From Minisyncoccota bacterium (lineage in GTDB: Bacteria > Patescibacteriota > Minisyncoccia > Minisyncoccales > UBA10102), in contig DASRUP010000076.1 of assembly GCA_035655395.1 (NCBI GenBank), positions 1-43,596 on the forward strand: a stretch of 43,596 nucleotides of DNA. Direction: 5' to 3'. Position numbers and translations under genes: made by a program. Shown here piece by piece: positions 1 through 8,577 of this stretch (positions are counted from its first letter, which is position 1; each line of letters starts with the position of its first letter). The notes under the pieces are model-generated. The model searched no databases. It worked only from the letters and a program-made list of their open reading frames with translations, and was not told the origin of the DNA.

Positions 1-594
1 CTGAAAGTTCCCTGTTTGCCACGACCCAGGTGCCGGCCCGGTAATGGTTACGTCTGGCGGAGGCGGAGGTGCTATGCAAACAGAACCAAAGTTGCCGACC
101 CCGTCGACCGCCTGCCCCGTGCCGGCAAGAACTTCTGTGCCATTATAATACAAGGAATAGTTTATACTATGAACTGGGCGAATATTTGATGGATTTGTAG
201 AAGCGCATGGGCTTAAGGTTCCCCAACATGCCCGATTAGCAGGGTTCGCTTCAAGTCCAAGACCTGACCCAGGATCGCCGTTTATGTGAATCCAGCGTAT
301 GGCTGAACCGGGCGTACCCTCAAGCACTCCCTTAAGCCCGCTATCAGTAACCACATCTCCAACATGAGCGCTTGCGGCGCATAAAGCGTCTGCGTTTACG
401 AAAGGAACGGCTCCATTACAACCATGTACTTCCGCCCCGTTTGGAAGTGTTCCTAGGAATTGCTCTGTGGTGCCGTCGGCGCAGCCGCTGGCCGGCTGGG
501 CGTGGACTTCTGCTGGCTGAATAGAAACAAAAATCTGCAGGGCGAGCAAAGATACACTGCATACGACAATACCTGCAACCAGAAATCGAAACAT
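1..594 (-). CDS. Glycine-rich surface protein paralog, first 198 codons only (gene continues past the left window edge)
   Basis: Hand translation of the minus strand from ATG 594..592 to position 1 gives an uninterrupted frame: MFRFLVAGIVVCSVSLLALQIFVSIQPAEVHAQPASGCADGTTEQFLGTLPNGAEVHGCNG...CIAPPPPPDVTITGPAPGSWQTGNFQ. It aligns block for block with the N-terminus of the 609..3803 protein. It is absent from the ORF track because it is truncated. Confidence 0.8.
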   Translation of the reverse strand, partial: MFRFLVAGIVVCSVSLLALQIFVSIQPAEVHAQPASGCADGTTEQFLGTLPNGAEVHGCNGAVPFVNADALCAASAHVGDVVTDSGLKGVLEGTPGSAIRWIHINGDPGSGLGLEANPANRACWGTLSPCASTNPSNIRPVHSINYSLYYNGTEVLAGTGQAVDGVGNFGSVCIAPPPPPDVTITGPAPGSWQTGNFQ

Positions 595-608
595 TATACT
601 ATTATAAT

Positions 609-3600
609 TTATCCGCATTGAATCTGCCACCAGGAACTGGTGCCGGTCCATATAGTAACGCCAAGAAGGTCGAGCGCAAAGTCAACGGCAACCCAAGCCC
701 CGTAAATAATAAGCAATGCAATAACCGTGGTAAAAATAATTCCTCTGCCCCTGTTTAAAAGAGCGGGGTTGCCCAGGTTTCCTATAATTATACTAAATCC
801 ACCCACCACGATCATAAGCGCGCCCAAAAGCATCACAATAGCAAAACCATTATTGAAACTCGAGGGGAAGAGCAAAAAAGTAATAATGTTGTGTACGAGC
901 GCAAATCCGTGGCACAGGGTGCATGGCTGGCTTTCGTCGAGTCCTGTGGTGAGGGGGTCGTCTGAATCCCTGCCGCACGGCACCAGCCCGCCCGTAAACG
1001 CGCTGTTGTAGCGCAGTATGGCCTCGCTAAAGTTGCCGGCCAGGTCTGTAGCTTGCGCGCGAATAAAGCATTTGCTTCCCGGCGAGCACCAGCCGGGAAT
1101 TAGTCCCATGTCGGTTAGCCCTGTGCCGCAAGCAGAAGGCCCTGTGTTATGGTCGGTCCACGTTCCTCCTCCGTCGTTTGAGCTGGAAAGGCTGCACGTG
1201 TCTATAAACGCGTCTGTGGCGTTGTACTTAATAGGAAAGTCTGCCGCCAGGTCTGATCCATCTGCGGGCGTCGGCGGTACGTCAAAACTTGCCACGGGTT
1301 TGGTATAGTCTATGGAAAAATCCCGTTCGTCTTGAACAGACGGCACTGTTGATTCTACCCAGCGAATAATAACTTGTCCGTTTCCAGAACGTACGCCCTG
1401 TTGGTGAGTGGTAGATCCTGTGATTTCATAGGCTGGGTCTACATAGCTGGAACCTCCGCCCCCGCCAGCACCACCGACAGCAGCATTGGTAGGAGTACCG
1501 CCACCCTGGCCTCCTCCTCCTCCGTAATACCCACCGCCTCCGCTGCCGCCAGAAAATGAGTCACCCTGTCCTCCCGTGCCAAAACTTCCGCTTGTTGCAG
1601 ATCCTCCTCCTGCGCTGCCTCCCTGATTATTTATAGTATCTCCGCCCCCGCCTCCGATCGAAGGCGAGGGAGCGGGTCTACTTCTAGCTTGATACCAACC
1701 AACATTATAGTCTACCGAACCGTTGCCTCCTTTACCGCCCATAAGTCCACCTCCGCTGCCGCCACTTCCTCCGCTGGCTAAATGAACGTCGTCAAATTCA
1801 ACAAACCCGTTGCCTCCTTCTCCTCCTCCGCCCGCGACAGCAATACGGCTTGCCCCTATTCTTATATCAGAAGCGCCTCCGCCTCCTCCTGGTCCGCCTC
1901 CGTTAAAACCTGAAGTTCCGTTTCCCCCCACGAAGATTTGAAGCACCTGTCCTGGCGTAAGGTTTTGTAAACGAGTGATAACATATCCTCCTCGACCTCC
2001 GCTTCCTCCGCTTGCTGGTAGGCCCGAGTAAAACTTATCAATACCCCTTTCCCCCTGGGCGCCCCACAGCTCAACTTCTATTTCTGAAACTCCTGGTGGC
2101 ACAGGCCAGGTTTGTACACCTCCTGTATAGGCAAAGGTTTGCGAAATTGGAGTGCTGGGCGGCTTTCCCACAATCCTTACATTGCAGGCGTTTTGCCCTT
2201 CCTGGATGCACCAGCCGGAAGCGCCGACCTGAACTGTTGCCGATTGATTAGCTCCGCAAGAGACTGTGCCTCGGTTTTGCCAGCCAACACCACCGTCGTT
2301 TGTTTCGATTTCACATACACCAGAAACAGTTGGCTGCCACGTAATGACTACCTGGCCGTTATCTGTTTGGTATCCTTGGGTATGTGTTGGGTTAAGACAC
2401 TTTGGTGGTTCGCAGTAGCTTGAGCCTCCCCCTCCTCCACTTCCTCCTTTGTCGTCAGAACTTCCGTCTTCATTGGTACCTCCTCCACCGCCTCCACCGC
2501 CGTACCAGCCTCCTCCTCCGCTGCCGCCATGGTAAAACCGAAATCCAGCATTGAATCTGCCACCCCCGCCACCTTGCCCAAACGAACCAGGGGTGCCCGC
2601 GAAGCCATTAGGCCAACCTAAACCTCCCCCACTTAGTTGGGTGCCGCCTTCTCCGCCAGTACCGCCCCATGTGCCAACACCAAAACCGCCACTACCAGGA
2701 AGGCCATTGGCACCCACAAGATCGCCGCCGGCACCACCACCCCCGCCCACGGAAGAACCAGGGCCGCTACCCCGACCACCTCCGCCTCCTGCTACCACAA
2801 GCCGACTGTTAAGCCCGGCAGGATCATCCCATGGTCCAGAAACGGTGCGTATGTCAGAGGCACCTCCACCTCCTTGACCCGGATTGGATGCACCTCCGAA
2901 CCCTCCGCCGTTAAAGCCTCCAGTTGGTCCTGCTCCAGCGCCTCCTACATAGATATTTAAGGTCTGCCCGCTCGGCACGGGAATGGTTGCCTGCACTCGG
3001 CCGCCAAGCCCACCTGTTGAGCTGCCGCCTTGCGCCCCTCGCACATCCACCGTAATTTCCGTAACGCCGGAGGGAACAGTCCAAGGTTGAGAATCTCCGG
3101 TATAGTCGAATGTTTGGCTTTGAGGAGGAGAAGTAGGAAAGGTGGCGTCGTACTGCACCTGAAAATCCCCGTTTTGCCATGAACTAGGCGCCGGCCCGGT
3201 AATGGTTACAGACGGCGGGGGTGGAGGTGTAATACAAATAGCGCCGTCGAGTGGAGAGCCTGAAGGGTAAGCATTGCCCCTGTTTCCAAGGACATTTGTT
3301 CCGTTGTAATAGAGAGAGTAGAGGGAACTAAGAATACCGTGCGCGGGACGAAAGGTCGCAATTGGTCCAAATGCCGAAGAACTCAACATAGTACAAGGAG
3401 CTTGTGTCCCCCAGCACAAGCCGACTGCTGGTTCTGGACCCCCCAACAAGGGCCCAGGGTCACCGTTCATATGAATCCAACGGCGTTCTGAACCGGTCGT
3501 ACTCTCGAGTGCGCTTTTAAGTCCGTTGTCTAAAACCACGTCGCCCACAGTCGCGCTTGGGGCGCAAAGAGAGTCTGCGTTTGCAAAAGTTACACTTCCG

Positions 3601-3803
3601 TTACATCCATGAACTGTTCTGCCGTCGGGGAGTGTGCTAAAATTCTGCTCGGTGGTGCCGTCGGCACAGCCGCTGGCGGGTTGGGCGTGGACTTCTGCTG
3701 GCTGGAGCGAAACAAAAACTTGCAGCGAGAGAAGAGTTACGCCGCATAATACCGTTGCTAAAACGAGAAATTGAAACCCTGTGTTTATCGCGGGGCGATG
3801 CAT
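609..3803 (-). CDS. 1064-aa secreted/anchored glycine-rich protein: signal peptide, Cys-containing N-domain, PPPPP linker, two Gly_rich-type modules, C-terminal LVPCG pilin-like two-TM module
   Basis: Single long ORF. N-terminal hydrophobic leader (FQFLVLATVLCGVTLLSLQVFV). Two copies of F[DA]YTG..Q.W.VP.GV.EI.V...GAQG followed by long G-runs and GGGGASDIR, matching the Pfam Gly_rich pattern as I recall it. The C-terminus reads GGLVPCG...CTLCHGF... plus two hydrophobic helices. Confidence 0.9.
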   Translation of the reverse strand: MHRPAINTGFQFLVLATVLCGVTLLSLQVFVSLQPAEVHAQPASGCADGTTEQNFSTLPDGRTVHGCNGSVTFANADSLCAPSATVGDVVLDNGLKSALESTTGSERRWIHMNGDPGPLLGGPEPAVGLCWGTQAPCTMLSSSAFGPIATFRPAHGILSSLYSLYYNGTNVLGNRGNAYPSGSPLDGAICITPPPPPSVTITGPAPSSWQNGDFQVQYDATFPTSPPQSQTFDYTGDSQPWTVPSGVTEITVDVRGAQGGSSTGGLGGRVQATIPVPSGQTLNIYVGGAGAGPTGGFNGGGFGGASNPGQGGGGASDIRTVSGPWDDPAGLNSRLVVAGGGGGRGSGPGSSVGGGGGAGGDLVGANGLPGSGGFGVGTWGGTGGEGGTQLSGGGLGWPNGFAGTPGSFGQGGGGGRFNAGFRFYHGGSGGGGWYGGGGGGGGTNEDGSSDDKGGSGGGGGSSYCEPPKCLNPTHTQGYQTDNGQVVITWQPTVSGVCEIETNDGGVGWQNRGTVSCGANQSATVQVGASGWCIQEGQNACNVRIVGKPPSTPISQTFAYTGGVQTWPVPPGVSEIEVELWGAQGERGIDKFYSGLPASGGSGGRGGYVITRLQNLTPGQVLQIFVGGNGTSGFNGGGPGGGGGASDIRIGASRIAVAGGGGEGGNGFVEFDDVHLASGGSGGSGGGLMGGKGGNGSVDYNVGWYQARSRPAPSPSIGGGGGDTINNQGGSAGGGSATSGSFGTGGQGDSFSGGSGGGGYYGGGGGQGGGTPTNAAVGGAGGGGGSSYVDPAYEITGSTTHQQGVRSGNGQVIIRWVESTVPSVQDERDFSIDYTKPVASFDVPPTPADGSDLAADFPIKYNATDAFIDTCSLSSSNDGGGTWTDHNTGPSACGTGLTDMGLIPGWCSPGSKCFIRAQATDLAGNFSEAILRYNSAFTGGLVPCGRDSDDPLTTGLDESQPCTLCHGFALVHNIITFLLFPSSFNNGFAIVMLLGALMIVVGGFSIIIGNLGNPALLNRGRGIIFTTVIALLIIYGAWVAVDFALDLLGVTIWTGTSSWWQIQCG
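3186..3803 (-). repeat. About 0.6 kb paralogous segment shared with 1..594 (5' coding regions of the two glycine-rich genes)
   Basis: Shared DNA strings, e.g. ccggcccggtaatggttac (33..51 and about 3190..3208) and ggcgtggacttctgctggctg (about 499..519 and about 3685..3705). Protein blocks QPAEVHAQPASGCADGTTEQ and TITGPAP are conserved. Confidence 0.7.
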
Positions 3804-3810
3804 TACTATA

Positions 3811-4620
3811 TTATAAATCGTTTGCGAGGTTTATCCAATCCTGCACAGACAATGTTTCCGCGCGGCGGGCGGGGTCAATGCTGTTTTTTCGCAAGATAGT
3901 TTCCATGTGTTCCCTTGGACGTTTCAGGCCGGCAGACAGGTTGCCTAACAGCTGTTTTCTGGGGTGGGTGAACCCCGCTTTTACCACGGAGAAAAACTTT
4001 TGCGCGTCAATATCCGGTTTTTCTTTGCGCGGGACAATATGGATAATGGCAGAATCCACATGGGGCTGGGGCCAAAACGATGTTTTCTTAATATATGAAA
4101 TAATTTTGGGCGTGGCGTAAAATTGCACCGAAACCGCCAATATGCTCATGTCCGGGGGTTTCGCGCAAATTCGTTGCGCAACCTCTTTTTGGATTATAAG
4201 CGTTATGGACTGCGGCCGGTTTTCCGCCTCGAGGAATTTTCTGATGGTCGGAGCACTAATATAGTATGGCAAGTTAGCAACTACCTTGTATGTTTGCTTT
4301 GGAACCTGAGTTTTGAGAGCGTCCCCATGAATGACTTCCACGTTTTTGAACTCTGCCAGTGTCCCCTTGAGGATTTCCACCATTTTCGCGTCTTTTTCAA
4401 CGGCCACCACTTTTTTTGCGTGCTTTGCCAATTCCTGGGTAAGGGTGCCAATGCCCGGCCCCACTTCCAAAACCGTGTCTTGCGGCTGAATGCTGGCGGC
4501 AACAACCATTTTTTGGACTATGTGGTCCTCGACAAGGAAATTCTGGCCCAAGCCGCGGCTTGGCTTTATGGTATGTTTCTGCAGCACGGTTTTTATAGTT
4601 TTGGAGGAAGCAAAATTCAT
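3811..4620 (-). CDS. rsmA: 16S rRNA (adenine1518/1519-N6)-dimethyltransferase RsmA/KsgA
   Basis: MNFASSKTIKTVLQKHTIKPSRGLGQNFLVEDHIV...VLEVGPGIGTLT is the KsgA signature. I start at the ATG at 4620 because the 121-codon upstream extension in the track overlaps the divergent M23 gene and looks non-coding. Confidence 0.9.
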   Translation of the reverse strand: MNFASSKTIKTVLQKHTIKPSRGLGQNFLVEDHIVQKMVVAASIQPQDTVLEVGPGIGTLTQELAKHAKKVVAVEKDAKMVEILKGTLAEFKNVEVIHGDALKTQVPKQTYKVVANLPYYISAPTIRKFLEAENRPQSITLIIQKEVAQRICAKPPDMSILAVSVQFYATPKIISYIKKTSFWPQPHVDSAIIHIVPRKEKPDIDAQKFFSVVKAGFTHPRKQLLGNLSAGLKRPREHMETILRKNSIDPARRAETLSVQDWINLANDL

Positions 4621-4656
4621 TGGTATTTGGTATATTGTACCCTGTGGATACAACGC

Positions 4657-4685
4657 TTGACCAGGGCCTTTGAGAAGAGTATAAA
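4657..4685 (+). promoter_or_regulatory. Sigma70-like promoter, TTGACC-17-TATAAA, for the LysM/M23 gene
   Basis: TTGACC at 4657..4662, a 17-nt spacer, TATAAA at 4680..4685. The start codon lies 5-11 nt downstream. Confidence 0.5.
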
Positions 4686-4696
4686 GGATAGTGCCT

Positions 4697-5743
4697 ATGA
4701 GAAAAGAGCGAGAAGAGCCTTCAAGTTCGATTAATCGTAGAGCGCGCAAACCCTTTTTCACCGTAGCTCTTGGAGCTATTTTTTTGTTGGCTCTGGCAGG
4801 TTTGGGAGCCACGGTATTCTCTGATTCTTCTGGGGTGGGAGCGCGTTTTTCGGCTCCCTTGCCCTCAACGTCTGCAATGCACCTGTATGCGAACCAGGCA
4901 GACGTAGCAGAAACCCCGGAATTCGTAACAGTAGGAGAAACAGGAGTTTTAGCTACCGCTCCGCCTGTTGCGGTAAGCCCCAAGGTTCTGGGAGCTATTA
5001 TTGGCGAAGCGAATTTCGCCCAGCAAAACAGAAGGGAGCTTCTTCATTATGCCGTGGAAGAGGGCGATACGATAAAAAGCCTTTCAGAACGGTTCGGCAT
5101 TTCGCAAAACACTATTCTTTGGGTAAACGAGCTTTCGAGCGTTTCTCCGCTTACTCTGGGCCAGGAACTGGTTATTTTGCCGGTATCTGGCGCTCTGCAC
5201 TTAGTGCGGCCAGCAGACACGTTAAGCGAGATTGCCTTATGGTACCAGGGAGATGCCGAGCAAATCATGGAGGCAAACGGGATAGCTTCCGCCAAAGATA
5301 TCTTTGTGGGGGACTTCTTGATAATTCCCGGGGGGATTATGCCAAAAAGCCTGCCCGTAGGGCGTTTAACTCCTTTGGCAAATTCCTACTTTATTTATCC
5401 GGTATCTCGCTCGCACAAATTAAGCCAGGGGCTGCATGCCTTTAACGCAGTTGACCTAAGCAACGGCCAGTGCAACGAACCTGTGTATTCTGCCGCGGGC
5501 GGAACCGTGCAGAAAGTGGGCTATCACAGCGTGGCGGGAAACCATGTGCGGGTTTTGCACCCCAACGGAGTGGTAACCTTTTACGGCCATCTTTCGGGCC
5601 AAACAGTGGAGGTAGGACAAAAAGTTTCCCAGGGCGCAATAGTGGGCTATACCGGCCACACAGGCTATACTATTCCTGCCGGTCCTGACGGATGCCACCT
5701 GCACTTTGAGGTGCGCGGCGCATCAAATCCCTTTGTGAAATAA
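4697..5743 (+). CDS. Membrane-anchored LysM-LysM-M23 (LytM-type) peptidoglycan endopeptidase
   Basis: TM segment FFTVALGAIFLLALAGL. Two LysM-like repeats (YAVEEGDTIKSLSERFGISQNTILWVN and HLVRPADTLSEIALWYQGDAEQIMEANG). M23 core HVRVLHPNGVVTFYGHLS...GYTGHTG...HLHFEV. The start may be GTG 4691 or ATG 4697 (AAGGA sits 8 nt upstream of the ATG). Confidence 0.9.
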   Translation: MRKEREEPSSSINRRARKPFFTVALGAIFLLALAGLGATVFSDSSGVGARFSAPLPSTSAMHLYANQADVAETPEFVTVGETGVLATAPPVAVSPKVLGAIIGEANFAQQNRRELLHYAVEEGDTIKSLSERFGISQNTILWVNELSSVSPLTLGQELVILPVSGALHLVRPADTLSEIALWYQGDAEQIMEANGIASAKDIFVGDFLIIPGGIMPKSLPVGRLTPLANSYFIYPVSRSHKLSQGLHAFNAVDLSNGQCNEPVYSAAGGTVQKVGYHSVAGNHVRVLHPNGVVTFYGHLSGQTVEVGQKVSQGAIVGYTGHTGYTIPAGPDGCHLHFEVRGASNPFVK

Positions 5744-5772
5744 AAAAACGGGGCAGAGGCCCTGTTTTTTTA
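5742..5772. terminator. Bidirectional intrinsic terminator between convergent genes
   Basis: A-run, then an 8-bp stem (aacggggc / gccctgtt) with an AGAG loop, then a T-run (aaaaaaacggggcagaggccctgttttttt). Confidence 0.6.
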
Positions 5773-5781
5773 TGTGCTTAC

Positions 5782-6135
5782 TTATTTGCACTTGCCGCAG
5801 GTGGCAGCTTCCGGAGAAATTTGGAGGCGTTCTGTTGCAATAGGGTTGCCGCAGTTTTGGCAAGTGCCCCAAGTGCCCTTTTCTATACGGTCTAAGGCGT
5901 CGTTTATGTCTTTGAGCTTGGTTTCCAAGCTGTGTTCCAAGTGTAGCCGGGTGGAATATTCTTCTACTTCATCTGCTGCTTCCTCGAGGTTGCTTCCGGG
6001 TATTCTGGGATATTTGGAGTCCCAGTCGCCTTTTACGTTGGGGTCTTTGGTTGCAAAAGAAGCGAGCTCCGATTCTAAGCGTTCCTTTTCTTTTTCAAGG
6101 CGGGTCTTTAGTTCCCCGATATCTGTTGTTTCCAT
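5782..6135 (-). CDS. DksA/TraR-family C4 zinc-finger protein
   Basis: Coiled-coil N-terminal part and a C-terminal CQNCGNPI...ATCGKC four-Cys motif. Confidence 0.85.
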   Translation of the reverse strand: METTDIGELKTRLEKEKERLESELASFATKDPNVKGDWDSKYPRIPGSNLEEAADEVEEYSTRLHLEHSLETKLKDINDALDRIEKGTWGTCQNCGNPIATERLQISPEAATCGKCK

Positions 6136-6144
6136 AAAGTTTTC

Positions 6145-8520
6145 CTATTTATTTTGTGAAAGATGATTGAATTGCAGAGGTTCTTCTGAAGGGAAGAAAA
6201 ACTTTTTCTTGAGGTCGAGTACGCGGTTTGCAGAAGCCTCAATTTGTTTGCGCAGTGTTTCGTCGGTTGCAGCCTGTTGCAAAAGCAGTTTGTGCGCCTG
6301 GGTGGCCTCTGGGGTCTCTGCAAACATTAGTATATTCATTCCTGCACGTAAAGGCAAGAAAACGATTTCTTCAAAGGAATAGTTGTCAAGAAGGGCGGGC
6401 TGTGCAAGGTCGTCAGAAAGGATAATGCCTTGAAACCCGAGCTCTTCTCGAATGAGAGACATGCCTTCTATAGAGAAGCTAAATGGGTAGTTTTTGTCCA
6501 CGGTAGAGTAAATAACGTTGGAAGTAAGAAGAAATTCCGGTTCAGAGGAAAGCGCAAATGCGAAAGGAGAAATGTCGGGAAACTCCTGTACGGTAGCAAG
6601 TTTCTTCTCTGGGTTAAAAGAAATGCTGCCGTATCCCGGGAAATGCTTGAGCGTAGAGAGGATATTCTCTGATTTTTGGCCCGCTAAAAGCGCGCGAGCC
6701 AAACGCCCGGCTTCCAAACCCTCGGTTTGAAAGGTGCGCTCAAACAAAAAATCATGTGGCCCCGTGGTGTCCAGCACAGGAGCAAGGTTGAGGTTCACGC
6801 CAAGACTTTTGAGTTCGCGAGCGCGTTCCTTGCCCACCGCGTAGGCTTGAGCAGGGGTTTCAATAGTAGATTGGGCGGTTTTTTCCTTTCCAAACTGAAT
6901 TCTTGAGATAAGTCCTCCTTCTTGATCTACCGCGACAAGCAGAGGAAGAGAGCTGTATTCGAGAGATAACGCCTGCAGCTCTTGCGTAAGTTTTTGGAGT
7001 TGTTGGGAGTCTGTAATGTTTCTTGCTAAAAGGAGAACGCCCCCTGGTCGGAGACGTTTCATGAGTTCTTCAAGTTCTGGGGTAAGGTACGTGCCTTCGA
7101 ATCCTATGAGTAATACCTGGCCTATTGCTTGCTCCAAAGAAAGGTTTTGAGGAGGTTTAAAAAGGCCTGGACTGTTTTCTACTGCGAGTATCTGATTTTG
7201 CAATAAGGCACCCGGAGAATTTTGCAGCTCGTCAATAGCTTCTTTTATCGCCTCAAAAGAAGAAGCGAGAATAAAGCGGTTGTTCACTATTGTGTACACA
7301 ATGCCTACGTCCTGCGTGGAGAACGTCTGAAAACGAACCTCTACCCCGTTATACGACGTGCTGCGGAAAGATTTTGTATATCCGTTTCCCGGATTTCCCC
7401 AAAAGTCGCGTAAGGGGACGAAAGCTTGTTCCATTTGAGGCTCCCATGCGCGCAAACTTTGCCAGAGCGCCGTAGGGTCTGCAACTTCCGAGACTATGCC
7501 AAAGCGGTTACCTCTTTCATAAGAGTAGAGGAAGAAAAACGAGGTTTGTTGAAGTTGGTTGCTTACTGCTTCGGGAACCGGAACTTCAAAAATTCCAAAG
7601 AAAGAGTTCGCGCTCTCCAGTGATGTATTGTCTTGTCTGTTGCGAAAGACGAGCTTGGTAAAACCCTCCTGTTGATCTGCCTCCAACGATTGTTTGAGGG
7701 TACTGGTAAGGTCTGCCTTTTCTGAAAACAGAAGGGTAGAAGTATGGGCAACACCAAGAGGATCAGAAGGAGTGGGCGCGGGTTGCGCTTGAGGAGGGGG
7801 TTGAGGGGAAGGGCCGCTGGCTGGCGGAGGTGTGGGCGTTGGGGTGGTTTGCTCTTGAGAGAAAAACTGGGAAAGGAAAGGAATTTCCACCGATTGATTT
7901 TGGAAAACAAACCAGTAGAGAAATAGGCCGATATTGAGAACGATGAACGCAAAAATAATGACTATGATAGCCCGAACCAAAACTCTTTTACTTCGGGAAG
8001 GGGGCGTGGGAAGAGCTTCAAACCTGTTTTCCTCGCCAGGAGGCAAAATGGAGCTTTGGATGTTGCGCATTCGTTCTTCCTTTCTTGTTTCTTCCCGCTG
8101 CTTTGCCGCCAAAGCTGCCGATCTGATTTTCGCCACGGCGTCTTTCTCTCGCTGGGCGTTTTGTTGCGCTTTCAGTTGCGCGATGCGCTGTTGTTCTTTT
8201 TTTGCCTCTTCCTCGCGAAGCCGGGCAATGTCTTTTGCCATGGTGCGTACTTCGCCGCGTTCCAGATATTCGCGTTTTTGTTCCGGCCGGAAGGGCTCTT
8301 GTTGCCTGGGCGGCATTGGTTTTTCTGGAGGCTGAATCGGTGGTGCAGGGCTGCCAGATGGCGTAGGAGTTGGCCGTTCTGGCTGCGATGGCCGGGGAAA
8401 AGGAGGGGGAGAAACTGGCCTCGATGGTGGTGCCGGAGTTGGCCTGGGGGATTCTGGAGAAGGCTCTATTGGGATATTGGGGGGAGGAGGTTGCTTGCGA
8501 ACAAAATTGTCTTCTTGCAT
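6145..8520 (-). CDS. 791-aa membrane-anchored protein with a proline-rich N-terminus, an unknown middle domain and a C-terminal glycoside hydrolase family 3 (NagZ-like) domain
   Basis: GH3 motifs LLIGFEG, VAVDQEGG and KHFPGYG. TM helix AIIVIIFAFIVLNIGLFLYWFVF. PxP-rich first ~75 residues. Confidence 0.85.
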   Translation of the reverse strand: MQEDNFVRKQPPPPNIPIEPSPESPRPTPAPPSRPVSPPPFPRPSQPERPTPTPSGSPAPPIQPPEKPMPPRQQEPFRPEQKREYLERGEVRTMAKDIARLREEEAKKEQQRIAQLKAQQNAQREKDAVAKIRSAALAAKQREETRKEERMRNIQSSILPPGEENRFEALPTPPSRSKRVLVRAIIVIIFAFIVLNIGLFLYWFVFQNQSVEIPFLSQFFSQEQTTPTPTPPPASGPSPQPPPQAQPAPTPSDPLGVAHTSTLLFSEKADLTSTLKQSLEADQQEGFTKLVFRNRQDNTSLESANSFFGIFEVPVPEAVSNQLQQTSFFFLYSYERGNRFGIVSEVADPTALWQSLRAWEPQMEQAFVPLRDFWGNPGNGYTKSFRSTSYNGVEVRFQTFSTQDVGIVYTIVNNRFILASSFEAIKEAIDELQNSPGALLQNQILAVENSPGLFKPPQNLSLEQAIGQVLLIGFEGTYLTPELEELMKRLRPGGVLLLARNITDSQQLQKLTQELQALSLEYSSLPLLVAVDQEGGLISRIQFGKEKTAQSTIETPAQAYAVGKERARELKSLGVNLNLAPVLDTTGPHDFLFERTFQTEGLEAGRLARALLAGQKSENILSTLKHFPGYGSISFNPEKKLATVQEFPDISPFAFALSSEPEFLLTSNVIYSTVDKNYPFSFSIEGMSLIREELGFQGIILSDDLAQPALLDNYSFEEIVFLPLRAGMNILMFAETPEATQAHKLLLQQAATDETLRKQIEASANRVLDLKKKFFFPSEEPLQFNHLSQNK

Positions 8521-8577
8521 TCTGGTATTTTCTCATTTCCAAGAAACATTTACCAGCAATGCACCTGTGGAAAACTT

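Noticed and set aside
1018-3180. Multiple plus-strand ORFs (e.g. 2551..2877, proline-rich; 2637..2960; 2012..2251) and alternate-frame minus-strand ORFs (e.g. 2911..3180) within the glycine-rich gene.
   Set aside because: These are shadow frames of GGN-rich coding sequence (CCN gives Pro on the opposite strand). They have no independent signals and lie fully inside a well-supported 1064-aa gene.
4621-4983. A 121-codon N-terminal extension of rsmA in the ORF track.
   Set aside because: It overlaps the divergent LysM/M23 gene and both promoters. The KsgA homology begins at the ATG at 4620.
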